64,000 nt of DNA, taken from Chrysomallon squamiferum (Eukaryota > Animalia > Mollusca). Below, one piece after another: positions 13,473 to 27,400 of this stretch. The notes below the pieces were generated by a model. That model ran no database searches, had not been told where the DNA came from, and saw only the letters and a program-made list of their open reading frames with translations. Position 1 is the stretch's first letter, and every line of letters begins with the position of its first letter. The stretch is from assembly GCA_012295275.1 (NCBI GenBank), contig CM022672.1, positions 8,184,001 to 8,248,000 on the forward strand, written 5' to 3'. Made by a program: the position numbers and the translations under genes.

Positions 13473-13935
13473 GTTACTACTACTACTACTACTACTAATA
13501 ATAATAATAATAATAAAGGTTACTTTTAAATATTCTGTTGATAACTCATCTCTGATGGTTATTTATATTTAACTCTTGTCTATATCAACAATTTGAATGG
13601 ATGCATTTTAACTGATAAACTCTATGATGGCTCATGATAACGGATATTTAATATGCTCAGACTATCTTCAATATAATTTATCTTCTCAGTATCTGTTTTT
13701 AGATGTAATAGTTTCATAGATAATAAATTTGATATTTTAGAAGCATTTCTTTCTACAGATCTGAATACCTTCTGGAAAGCTTAAAGTTTTTTTTTTCTTC
13801 TTCTTTTTTTTTCTAATTTAGTGGGGCGTTTCTTTTTTATTATTAAAAAAAAAAAAAATAAAAAAAAAAAAAAAAAGCATTAAGAAGAGATTAAGTGGTT
13901 GGTATTATGTACAAACTTAAAAACACAAACACCTG

Positions 13936-14100
13936 TATACTGTCAGCTCTCTAGTCAGCTTAAATTTCAAACAATATTCTCTAATCTGATCCTGAGTATG
14001 TTATTTAAAAATAAATATACTGCCAACCCTCTGTGCCAGTTTAAATTTCAAACTATATTCTTAATCTTACTCTGAATATGTTATTTAATAGGAAATAAAT
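13936..14100. repeat. Diverged ~80-bp tandem duplication (2 copies)
   Basis: tatactg...ttaaatttcaaac.atattct..aatct...ctga.tatgttattta occurs at ~13936 and ~14016. Confidence 0.8.
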
Positions 14101-16184
14101 GTAAAGCATATTCACTTACCTTTTATATATTGTCGCTAAAACTGGTGCGGGCTTTAGTCCAGTGTATGAAATCTAATGTAGGAGATAAGTGTCGGTTCTC
14201 CACAATGCGTGTATTAGCTTGTTTGCCCATTCATACACCAATACGGACAGCTGTAGTTTTTATTACGTATGTTAATCTTTATCAGTAATGAAAATGCATA
14301 ATGTAATTTTAACAAAGTGTTTAATAGGAAAAGTATTTCAGTTTACATTTTATAATTACAATAAATAGTTAACCGATGGACATCACATTGTTACTTGACA
14401 TCGAGTGAATGCTATACACGGTGTTATATTTGATCTTACTCATGATAACGGCGTAAATGAGCAGTGTATCTGTATTACACAACTTCAGCGTGTTATTATT
14501 AGCAGTAAAAGCCGGTGATAGGTTAAGTATTTACGTTTCACACTAGGCGAGTTCAGTTACAGAGTTTAGTACATAAAAACAATTCACTATTATTAGTAAT
14601 TATACAAGCCACAAGCTGAATTAACGTGTCATCTGAATTTTGTCTTTTATTCTGCAAATTTCCTTTTCAATCTGTGTATAGAACTTAATGCATCTACCAC
14701 GTTAGAGTATACAGTTCAACGTTTGTATATAAGTAACCAAAAAACTTTGTTATATTACTTGTCATTAAGTCATATTTATTTATTTATTTACTTATTTATG
14801 TTTTTCGTTATTATTATGTTGTATTTATTATTACTAATCTAGATGTCATGAAACAATGGATTCGCCAAACGTATTCAGAATGATTCAGTTTTTCGCTGTT
14901 CTGTTCCATTATTTATTCATTCCTATTTTCTCTGCTTTCATTCATTCATTTATCCTTTTCTCAATTTCAAAGTTCTTGCTTCTTTCACTGACTTTTTTCT
15001 CGTTTTAATACTGCATAAAAACATTCTGCTTGAGTAAGTTGTATTAACCGATGAACATTCTTAACTGACAGCTGAGCAATATATTAAGTTCTTCTACAGA
15101 TCTCAGTAACATTATTTACCCTTCAGTCATGCGATGTTAGCTGATGTAAATGCAACTCTATTACTTGTTTTTGAAATAAAACACAACCTCACAGAAAAAG
15201 GAAAAAAAAAAAAAATGCACGTAGGAACAAAATTACGTTTATTTACGAGATCTCGCTAAGGGAGTTAATTCAGTTAATAACTTCCTCATTTGTGTAAATC
15301 ACAGTATACGGGTGTAAGACTATATAATTTGACTCGTAGGTTTGAAAATACAATGATGAAGTTTATTCTGAACGTTACTTTTATCAGTTCACTTATTTCG
15401 TCAATTCTGGCATGTGAAGGTTTCTCTGCTGCGGATAATTAAATAGATGAAGAAAAAATCCGAATTAATGCGTCGAATACATAGCATATAATGCGTAACT
15501 ATGTCAGAGATAGTAATCTGTCAGTTTTATTGGTGTTCTTGATGTAAAATTAAATCATGTAAAAGAGGAAATTCCTAGCTTAATCAACATAATGAATGCT
15601 GCATGTTTGCTTCTTGGGGTCCTTTTTTAATGTTATTTTGTATCTTACTTTTTGAATGTTGTTTTTGTCGATGTTTTTGGTTTGTTTGTTTGTTGCTGGT
15701 TTTTTTTGGTTTTTTTTGTTATTTTTAAGGTTTTGGTTTGTTTATTTGGATTTTTTTTTTTTTCACTATTGTTTATCGGCGTTATTTATTTATTTATTTT
15801 TAATTTAATTTAATTTTATTATTAATACTTTTTTTCAATTCTGTTAGTCTAGTATGAACGTATTGTGTTAACTCTAGCCTAGAGTCGACACAAGAAGAGA
15901 TTTCTGTACATACTAGTCTGAAGATCACAGCTTAACCAACACTATTCGTGTTTCAGTATTAGTCCGCTTTCTGTAAAAGACAAACTGTCAATCTTGCTTG
16001 GTAATGATAGTGTTATTTAAATAATTAGCTGAACCTCTTCATTAGCGAGTTTGAAATTCAATACAGTGTTTCCTGTGAACTGTAAAGTGTCAGTAAGGAG
16101 AGAGAAATGTCCTGGTTGCTTTACACACTGGATACAGTGCTAAGCAATACGTTTTATTTGTTAAAGAGACAACCAGTGGTTCTA

Positions 16185-16455
16185 CTGTTACGTAATTCTG
16201 AGTGTAATATGTCATTTTGACTGTTTTAATACGTAAATGACTCTCTGTGATACATAACTGACTATTTGTAATACGTAACTATTTGTAATACCTAATTCTG
16301 ACTGTTTGTAATAAGTAACTGACTATTTGTAATACCTAACTCTGACTGTAATACATAATTCTGACTGTTTGTAATAAGTAACTGACTAATTGCAATACGG
16401 AATTTTGACTGTTTGTAAATCGTAAGTGACTATTTGTAATGTATAATTCTGACAG
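16185..16455. repeat. Minisatellite, 21-23-bp unit tgact(a/g)tttgtaata(c/a)gtaa
   Basis: About 12 tandem copies visible. Confidence 0.85.
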
Positions 16456-17244
16456 CTTTCATTAACTAACACGTGAATTTGTTACCGTTATCGAACAGAA
16501 AAATTTTCGTTAATTCTTTGTCAAGATACTTTTATTCCATTTTTCTCTTCAATAATAAAATAAATTTATTTTCATTTACATTTGAGGGATGGATTCAGTT
16601 TTATTTTGTTTGTTTTGTCTGTTTTGTTTCTTATTGTTTTGGTATATTTATTTATTTTTATTTTTTTATTTTTTATTTTTTATTTTTTTTACAGTAATTT
16701 ACCTAATTTTTGTATCGGTCATGTTATATAATAAAATGTTGTTGTTTAAAAATCACTGATTTTAACTTTGTTTTGTTTTTAAAATAAAATATCTAATGTT
16801 ATAGTTCAGAGTTATAGTTAAAGTGATGGGACGACATTCTAAATGCCAGAACTAATGGTGAGACTATAAATAGCATTGTTTATATATGTCACTTTTTCTG
16901 ATGTATATCTAACCTAACCTTTGTCAGTAAATCACAGTATTTTGTATTTAGAAAATATCAACATACGTTCACCTAGATACCTTCTGTCTTACTTAAGTCT
17001 CATTTTTATTTTTATTTTCTATTTTATCTATGTTTTACTATTATTTTCTTCTTAAAAAACATAAAGAAGAAAGAAAGAAAGAAATTATACCTTCTTTTTA
17101 TTTTGACTCTTTTAATATTTCATAAATTTCTTTTCTGCTTCCTAATTTCATTTTATTTTCTATTTATACTTTCTGTCTTTCCTTTTCTTCACTTTTCTAC
17201 ATATTTTTTTAATTATTATTATTTCTTGTATTTTTCATTTCTTT

Positions 17245-17295
<51 letters not shown>

Positions 17296-18253
17296 AATTA
17301 ATCCTTTCTTTTATTCTAGCCACCTTAATCAGGCATGAAAGCCTTGCTACTGGTTTAACGTAGATCGTAGTATTTATTTCCCAGTCTATGGCTATGTATA
17401 TAAAAATGAACACTTCTTGCTAATCTAAAAGAACACTTATTGAAGTGGCGACTGCATGTAAAAACAAAAATTTCAATAGAGACTTTCCAAATATTATTTC
17501 AATAAATTATAATTTTAATTAAAATTGACGGAAAACTACTTTTCTTAATGCTCCGAAAGTAGTAATAGTTGGAACGGTAAATAACGGGTAACTACAGAGC
17601 AGAAGTAAAACATTATTTCTGTATCAAGCGCTCGTCGCGTATTAAAGAGACGAATATTATAACTTGAGAAATAAAAAGAGATGTACACTGAAGCTCTGAC
17701 GTAACAATACGATATCGGCTTGTTCCGCTTCACCGAACAACTAGGATACGATTATCTAAATAACATAGATAGTGTGATAAGAAAAGTAACAAAACAGTAA
17801 TCACCCTGTTCTGCGTTTTTGAACATGTGCTGCAGAGTTGTATGTACACAGTTAAAATATTTAATAGTTTGAGATTAAAAACAACCACAACAAATAAAAT
17901 AAGAATTAAATGATAATAATAATAATAATAATAGAGCAGAAAAGGAAAAATAATACACATGTAATAATAATTACAATAATGATGTCAGTATAGGCGTATG
18001 TGTATGTTTGAGTATGAGTGTATATTAATGATGATAATAATGATGATGTTGATATACATACACACACACACATATAACATAACATACACAGACGAATACA
18101 TATACATAATATTATACACTGCATATTTCAATAAAGGCTGTTAAAATGAAAACATTGAAATGTAAATATGAAAGTTAATGATCCGTTGTGTACACTGTGT
18201 TATGTGAACACAATCAAAGACTGTTACTGTTTTCTGCAGACTTTCACTACGCA

Positions 18254-18291
<38 letters not shown>

Positions 18292-19642
18292 ATACAAGTA
18301 TTTCATCAGCGTACTGTTGACACAGAGACTGTAAGCTACTTATGTTAGTTTCCATTTTAAGTTTTTAATCATTTCTCTTTATTTTCCGTTCTTCATATAA
18401 AAGGTTAGTTATTTTAATATAGCTGTTTTTTTCATCAATAGCGACATTTTAGTCATTTTGAAAATAGAAAAAAAAAATAAACACAGAAAAAAAACATTAA
18501 CTATTAGTACTAGTAGGAGAGTATTAGCACCATTGCAACTACTATTACCAATATAACTACTACTAATACTGCTGCTGCTGCTATTGCTACTATTACTACT
18601 AATGCTACATCTTTTAACATCATCATCATCATCATCAGTATTATTATTATTATTATTAATGCTACAACTAAAGTATAAAAACAACAACTACTACCACGTC
18701 ATAAACAAAGTGTAATAAAAAAGTAGTCATGAAACATAAAAGGATTAATGTAATTAAGTGTAACTTCTACCTCTTCTATTATTTTCAAAGTAAACGTATT
18801 TAAACAGTTTGACGGTTTCAATTATTTACTAATAAAAGAACGGTTTGACATAGTCTATAATTAGACAGGAGAGCTCGAAATGGTGTTTGTTTTTCTTTCT
18901 TTTGTTTTGGTTCTTTTATTTCGTAATCCCATCCCACTGAGCGTGAATGCCAATAAACACACACAGTAGTTACATATTTCATTCCCCCAAAGTTATGATT
19001 AACAACAACAAACATATATTACACACCTATATGTATGCATGTATAAATACATACAAATAAATACATATATGCATATATATACACCTATATGCATATATAT
19101 ACACCTACATGCATACATACATACATACATACATATCTACATACTATACATACGTACATACATACATACACATAATCAGACAGACAGACAGACACAAACT
19201 CACATACTCACATACAGACGTTTTCACATGCTAAAAATAAAAACGCCATGAATGCCATTCTTCCCAGATAAGATAAAACTGTTTAGATGTTTATCTTTCC
19301 TTTACTAAGTTTTCGTCTTTCTTCTTTCTTCTTCTCTGAAGCCAGTCTGTTAGTAATTGAGCGTGTGAAGGTTGTGTTGTAGCCGCAAGTCAAGTTAAAT
19401 TTTTTCACCTAAATCTAAATCTCCACATACCGAACTGTCTGCTACAATTACTGTTACTGTTTAAACGTAATACGTGAATGATATGTTTTGTAACATGCAC
19501 ACGAAAATATACACTCTGTTTCTGTAACACACGTAATCACACAGATATATATCTATATATACCCATAAATGATGACCTCATATAAACACATATAATATAT
19601 AAACACCATAAAAATCCTTGTACAATAAATTTATAATACATT

Positions 19643-19673
<31 letters not shown>

Positions 19674-20318
19674 ATATATATATTCACATACAAACATAGA
19701 AACTTACATACACCACCCAGAAACAAACATCCTAATATAGATACACCATCTTTAGTTTTTGTACACAAACACACACACACATACAGAAAGACATATACAT
19801 CTTATATGTATTGACATATACGAGAAGTTGGTTATCTGTGAAGAAGTTTACACAAAATTTACAGAGCGGTTTTAAAATAACTACCAAACCTCTTACCTCA
19901 GATTGGAGTTAAGTGTTTTACGTTTAGACAAAGAGTTTTAAAAGTGATCGCGTTTTTCTCTCCAGTTTACACAGCTGTGGTCTTTGTGCTCGTTACCACT
20001 CGGTCGCTCAACACAACGAGAGCTTTGTGTTAAAATCAAGAAAATATAAAATCTCGTTTACTTCAGTTTGCTTAAGCACTACTTTAAAAATGAGTTACAC
20101 TTTTCAAGTATATTTAGACAAATTAACCTACGCTAGCAGCGGATTCGAGGTGGTAACAAAGTACTGCAGGTATTCGAACACACACCTGATAAATACGAGT
20201 GAATTAATGAATAAAATGATCAAACGAATAATGAATGTCTGAATGAATGAATGAGAATTTTAACATTTGGTTTCTGCATTGGTGACATAACGAAACTGTA
20301 AGTGTGTGTATGTGTATA

Positions 20319-20321
<3 letters not shown>

Positions 20322-20403
<82 letters not shown>

Positions 20404-20445
20404 GTATATATAATAACACGTATAATAAATGGGATGATACACATA
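20322..20445. repeat. (TC)n plus conserved flanking motif (dispersed repeat copy 1)
   Basis: 24-mer taataacacgtataataaatggga (20411-20434) is identical to 30057-30080; both lie directly after a (TC)n tract. Confidence 0.8.
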
Positions 20446-20525
20446 TTATTGTGATCGTTACTTTATATCTATCAAATCTCTGCGTGTCTGTAATAACACA
20501 TATCCGTATGTTAATACATTTGCTC

Positions 20526-20561
<36 letters not shown>

Positions 20562-21094
20562 GGATACACACGCATGCATATGTATATGATCGGCGTCTGT
20601 TTCCTCCCGGTATGCATAGCTCCTGGGGTTTTCTTTATCAAGCTGTTTAAAACACGTCGTCTGACGCAGAATGGTCGTTAATATTAAAATATGTTCCAGA
20701 TGTCAGACAGATATTCATTAAACCAGCCAGTCCGCCTGCAATTACAACACAATACCCACACGTTTAGCCAGTGAGAGAGCAACATTTAAAATTAAAACAC
20801 AATGCGTAATACTCACTGCAGAATCGAACGCGTACAAGTCTCGTTTGTCAGTCAGCAGGAGTATTTATAGCGAGGTATGTTTTATGTAAGCAATTTGATA
20901 TTTAGATGTACTTTTCTTGGTGATTTATTCGAGCGAATTAATATGACATTTATAGGTATATCTCTGCTCTGTGACATTCACACAGCTGGGAAAGAGAAAG
21001 TTTTTTTTTTTTTTTTTTTTTTTCTAACGACGCACTAAATACAGATGATAATGAGAGAGAAATTCCTTTTTGTCCATGTGACAGGCTGGTTGTT

Positions 21095-21230
21095 TCGAGT
21101 AGCTGCTGTAATTGTTTAATAGTCACCTTCCCATAGACAGGAGGGAAAAGCATACGGCCTTTGAACGAGTTTGGTGCTGTTGTTTAGAATGGGAACAACC
21201 GAACAGGACCAAGTGAGAGATTGATGCTGC
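21095..21230. mobile_element. Degraded SINE-like remnant
   Basis: ttcccatagacagga...catacggcctttga resembles 32130-32160 (tttcccgatgacaagacagcacgtacc). Confidence 0.4.
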
Positions 21231-23449
21231 TGTATATATCATTTTAACCAACAGAGTAGAACAGTCGAGACTTCACCATGTTGTTTTGTTGTTGTTGTTT
21301 TTTTGTAACCAGCCTGATGGGATATGGAACCAGGATCGGTTCTTCTTCCCAATTTGTTATTTTCCATTTTCCCCCCCAAAAAATTAATGTCTCCTCAAAA
21401 CTCTTTTTGTGTATATGAATTGTTACTAGATGACAATAGAAGAAAAATTTAGAGAAATTTATGAAACATTTATCGTCAGTAAAAAAAAAAAAAAAAAAAA
21501 AAAAATGTACATTATTAACAGAACCATCAACAATCTGACAAATAATTAATCAATCATCAGTAAAAACATCATCAATCACCCAGTAAATACAATAATTCTC
21601 AGACTAATTAATACGTGTTACCCGATACGGGTGTGAAGTGTTTCACGATACAGGTAACTTTATTCCTCACACAAAGCCGGTGGTTTTAAGTTTTAATATT
21701 TGACTCACTGATAGAAATCATCAATTAGGATAATCCTAATACACAAACTGTTCGAATTTTGATCCGGGATTGCCCGAGATTTAAGTGTGTGTATTTACCT
21801 GTCTTACAGCGGGGGGTCAATACCTGTAACACAAGCCTCGTTTTAGTCAGCTGAGTATTGAAAATTATACGTCGTGGTCGTGGTCCGAGACGTAGATGTG
21901 TTTATTTAGAGTTTATTTATAGCACTGGTTGTATGAGAGTTCTTTAAACACAGTCACCGATACCCGCTAACACATAAAAACTTCTGACTACATAAGAATC
22001 GGTGCGATCACTTATCCTCTCTCAGCTTTAAACGGTACAGGCACAGGCTAGAACGGAAAAAAATGTCAAATGTTTGAACAGCTTTAAATGTACTTATGGA
22101 TTTGACGTTATTTAAAATGTGCTTGAAATGTTGTAGTAGACTGGTTTACGTTGTATCGGAGTTAACGATATTTAAAATGTACGTGAAATGTTGTAGACTG
22201 GTTTACATCATATCGGATTTGATTCATTATTATTTTTGTAAAACCTGACTTGCAGTTCTAACGAATTTTGAATTTTATTTTTGTTAAATGTGACTGTGTT
22301 TGCTATCAAGTATTTACTCACTACAGTGTGAAGATGAACTAGAAATAGTGAACTCGTGAAAAATAATTAACTTTAACTTAACGTGTTCGTGAATAAATTC
22401 ACGCATCCTTCTACATTCACAGTTAATTATTATATAAGTAAACAGCATGTAGCAAAGATAACAAGACATTTTTAAACAGCATTCACTTTTCAAAATATTC
22501 TTACAGTGAATTTTAATGCAAATTTGTTTTTGCGGAAAATGCATACAAATATATTTTCGTGGATTTTGAAAATAATAAAGATAAAACACTTTAATGAAAT
22601 TGGTCTAGGAATGAAGTTTTTGTTATTTTAACATTTTTTCTTTCATTTTAGTTTTGCACACTGCCTATTGGAATGATCATGGATTTTACGCTAGATAAAT
22701 CAAATATACACAAAAATCATAAAAATGATAAAATTCATCAAAATATATATCATATGACATAACATGATGTTTTTGACCTTTTGGAATAAATGCAGTAGCC
22801 AAAGTTTTCAAAAAAGAGATTTCATTGAGGTTTTTTCTAACTGGATCACCGTGTAATATAACAGAGTAACGTGAACTTGCACTAGTTAAATATTTAACCA
22901 ACATTCATTTTGCTTAACTTTTTACATGTAAATAAATTTGCCTATCCAGTCCATTTGAAATGTAAGAGGATGACTTTAAACAAATACTAATATCTATTTA
23001 TTCATTCCAGTTCGGTCACGTACCACGCAGATAAAGATAATCATAATAGAAGTAGCTGAAGAAATGCTTAGAAAGACATTAAAAACTAATGGACTCAAAC
23101 CGGAAAGTTTTGACTTTCGACAAACATGCAATATTTACAATGTTTTCGACATAAGTGATATCCTCTTCACAAACGATTAAGCATAATCTTCAGAAGATCA
23201 AATGTACGCGACAGCGAGTTTTTCCCTACCTATCCGAGACCCCGCGGTTACCGGCAAGAGGCAGATAGGTTTACGCAGACGTACTCTCGCATGTCGACTG
23301 GACAAAGGTATTCCCGGAGCGAGTATCAAAGAGCAGGTGAGTTTGACACAGGAAAGTGGAATCGCTTTACGTTAATGGAATCAGTCAGACATTGAAATGG
23401 TCGAGCGAAATATCCCTGTCGCGCGCTGGCACCATAGTGATGACAGATA

Positions 23450-23820
23450 CATCAAAGACAAACAAAGAAACAAAAGAGATAGACATGAAGTCTTAAGAGA
23501 TACAACAAAGATAGAGGTAAGAAATAACAAAGATATAACAAAGGTTGACGTAGAAATAACAAAGATGTGACAAAGATAGATGTAAAAATAACAAAAATAT
23601 AACAAAGGTAGACGTGGAAATAATAAAGATATAGAAAGGTAGACGTAGAACTAATAAAGATATAGAAAGGTAGATGCAGAAATAATAAAGATATAACAAA
23701 GATTGACGTAGAAATAACAAATATAAAAAAGTTGACGTAGAAATAACAAATATAAAAAAGGTAGACGTAGAAATAACAAAGATATAATAATGGTAGAAAT
23801 AAGAAAAATATAGCACAAAA
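23450..23820. repeat. Minisatellite, ~31-bp unit gtagacgtagaaataacaaagatatagaaag
   Basis: About 10 tandem copies; explains the ORFs at 23381-23880. Confidence 0.9.
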
Positions 23821-24303
23821 AGAAGTAAATCTAGGAGACAATCTAATGTGTGTTAAGCGCTGTTTTAGAAACAGTCCCAAAAATACTGTTATGTTCTTCA
23901 GTATAAAGTAAATACATATTGGGTAACAGTTGAAAGCTATCAGTACGTTTTCAGGTATAATCAGTTCAAACAGATAAACATATACGGTTCAGTTGCAAAA
24001 CCCAGCACTAAATAACAGTTGGAGTAGTCTGACATCACTGTACAGCCGTCGTTAGATACAAACCACTTAAACAGGTTAACAAATAAAGAACAGATACATA
24101 GACACATACAGAGAGAGACAGACAGACAAACAGACAGACAGAGAGAGATAGATAGAGAGATTAATTTGACAGTGTCTAGAAAATATTTTATTGTTTATTC
24201 ACTCTGAAACAAAATTTAAAGTATATTCTAAATACTAAAACAAAAGTTTAAATCAGTAATGTAATATAATTTCATAATATTTTCATTATGTCTGTTAAGA
24301 GAG

Positions 24304-24411
<108 letters not shown>

Positions 24412-27400
24412 TGTAATCGTCTCTGCTGTGTACAGAACGTTGCACAACTATCGAACATCTGTTAAACTGGGGTTTGATCGCTCTCTACAATTACAGGTAA
24501 TTAAGTTGGCAATCCTGTTAGAAAGTGGGGCGAGGAAAACACAGAGGCAAGATCAAAGAGCGAGCACACTGTGTAACGACGACTCCGTTCAAACAGCCAA
24601 CTGAAACCAGCCAATCAGCGCGATAGAACGGTAACGAAAGCAGTTAGAGAAAACATGGCGCACTCACAAAATTAAAGAGCAACATTCGTTTCATTGACAG
24701 TTGTCGAAAAGATAATCACATGTTTTAAATACAGTAGTCCAGACACATGGCTCATTATTTGAAATATTGAAGAAAATTTCTTCTAAATTATTAACTTGTA
24801 TCGGTCAATGATTGTAATGAATGTCAACAAAACTGATTTTATCGTTGGTGACTCAGAATAAATAGAGGCTGATAAGGTAAAAAATATACATAAATAAAAC
24901 TGTTAAATAAGTGTGTGTTGTTGTTCTTTTTATTTACGAGAGCGAGAGAGTGTTCATGTATATATTTACTAAGACTGTGTAACTGTATATACATATTAAT
25001 ATAAAAGTTATATTTCAATAATATATTTTTTGACAGGATAACAACAACGTAAGAAAAATGTATAAACTGTATATTTAATTCATTATTATTAATACGTATA
25101 GTAATGATGATGATGACGATGAAGATGATGGTAGTGATGATGATGATTATTATCACAAATGCTAGTTCCCTCCTGTCGCTAAAGTCAGGACATTCACTAC
25201 AAAATCAGGTTAATAATTCTTTAATAAAATTTAAAAAAACAACAGAAAAACAACAACAACAAACCCAGAAGCAGTTAATCACAATCATCGCCATCGACAA
25301 CATCATCATCGTCATGTCGACACGCAATGAGACTGAGCAGGGCAGTATGCTGCTGCTGCTGCTCACTTAACTCAGGCCACTGACAGAACATAAATCAAAC
25401 TGGAGGCGATTTCCTAACATATTAATAACAATGACCAATCTGAGAGCGATTTCGCTCAATCATGTCTCACATGATCAACGACGATGTTAAACACAATCTT
25501 TAACCACCAGGCCTAATTTTCACCGCACTGGGCCAAATTGGCACATGACCATTCTAACGTCTGACGAAGCAAAAACCACAAATATACACACCTTTATTCC
25601 TCGACTTGATTGCCTCGAAAGAAAATTGTTACTGCTTCAATACCGGGTCTTAACGGATTTTCGCTGGTCCTTCTTTTCTGGACGGTCTGAATATTGGAAA
25701 GAACCGCGATGTCCTTAATTGACTTGCCAGAGATGTATGGGCTGATGGCGGTCATTATTTTATTTTTATTCTTTTTCAAAAGAAAAATGGACCAGTCGCT
25801 TTTATTGGCAAGCAGCTAATGACTGCTAAGTAAGTTTGAGCGAGACTGGGTGAAACAGAGATGTAGATCAAACTGTCCAGTGGACTGCGGCAGTCTGATC
25901 GAGTACAAATCAATTAACCTGAACCTGCGCGGGCGTGAACGTCTACATAACAATTTATATTCTTTTAAATGACTGCTGAATTTGTTTCTTGTAGAAGTTG
26001 CGATGACATAAATTATAGACTAAACACATTTGTTAGACAGTATTTTGGTTACCAAAATATATACACAACTGTTCTTGTATTTTAGTTTGTTATTAGAAAT
26101 AGTAACTTTTTTGTATTATTATTTTTATTTATTTTTTTTTTCTTTTTCTTTTTTTTTGAGAATGTCGTTATGGGTAAAATAAAATTCACATTAAAAATCA
26201 TTTTCGATCATATTAGAGGCTAACTGTATGATGTAAAAAAAAAAAATCAGCAATGTGATATTAATCTTTTTCTTCCTCTGCCAAGAAGATATTGATTCAT
26301 GTAAAGTCTAAAAATGTTCCCCATTATCTGCAGATTATTGCAGCGTCATTAAACAATATACGTACGAGTCCATGCCAGGGTCAGGACGCGACCAAACAAC
26401 CTCCAGCTTTCAGCGTGTGTTATTTCTTATTCACCGCGTTACTGGGAGCAATAAAAACAGTCGTTACAGTAGCAGCAGTAAAAGCATCACCAGCAGCAAC
26501 AGTAGCCGTATGTTGCAGTAGTGGCGGTGGTGGTAATTGTAGCTGTAATGATTAGTTTAATGCACTGGATGGAACGGATGAAAAATCGAATAACTGTAAG
26601 AAGAAGTATTAATCCTTCGCCACTGATCACCGAGTCTAGTACATAAAGTGTAAATCCTTTTTCTCTGTCGTGTTTTTTTTTTTTTTTTTCGTAAATCAGC
26701 TAAACGAAAAGATAAACTAAAAGTGTAACAGACAGAACGTTGAGTACAAATGTACTTGTTTTAACATGAAATAACTGAAATGATGACAGGGAAAATGTTT
26801 AGAAGCAGCGGATGCTTGTTATATGAACTGATGAACTAAACATAAATTCACTACAATATTGATCAGAAAAAAAATAGTATATATATATATATATATATAT
26901 TATTTAATTATTTCCTTACCCTTGTGTTTCGTAAATATTTAATATGCCTAATACAGGTCTAGTACTACTGTATGTAATCCATAATTATTTCATTGCGGAT
27001 TTGACTTCCTAGATCTATACAGTATATCCAGTCTCTGAAGAATCATATATTAATAATGATGATATTAATATTTCATTGCAGAATGATAAATTTGGCAGGC
27101 CGAGTTAAAATCAGTATTGTGGGGTATTCAATGACATTTGTTACATTTACTTTTAGTCTCTCTGGTGTTGTTGTTGTTGTTGTTGTTGTTTTTTTTTTTT
27201 TTTATATAAAATGTGTTTTTCAACAACCAACATTTAAGTATGATGTGACAAATTTTACTGTTCATGCAGAATAATGTATCATATAGAGGAATACAGGACA
27301 GCTATAAATAAACACGCTCATTTTATATTAATATGTATTGTAATACACACTACAGTATGAAATATTTCTGATCATGTGACGGTAGTTGTTTCATGTACGA

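Noticed and set aside
25594-25779. 61-aa minus-strand ORF as a separate gene
   Set aside because: No recognisable domain and no supporting exon chain
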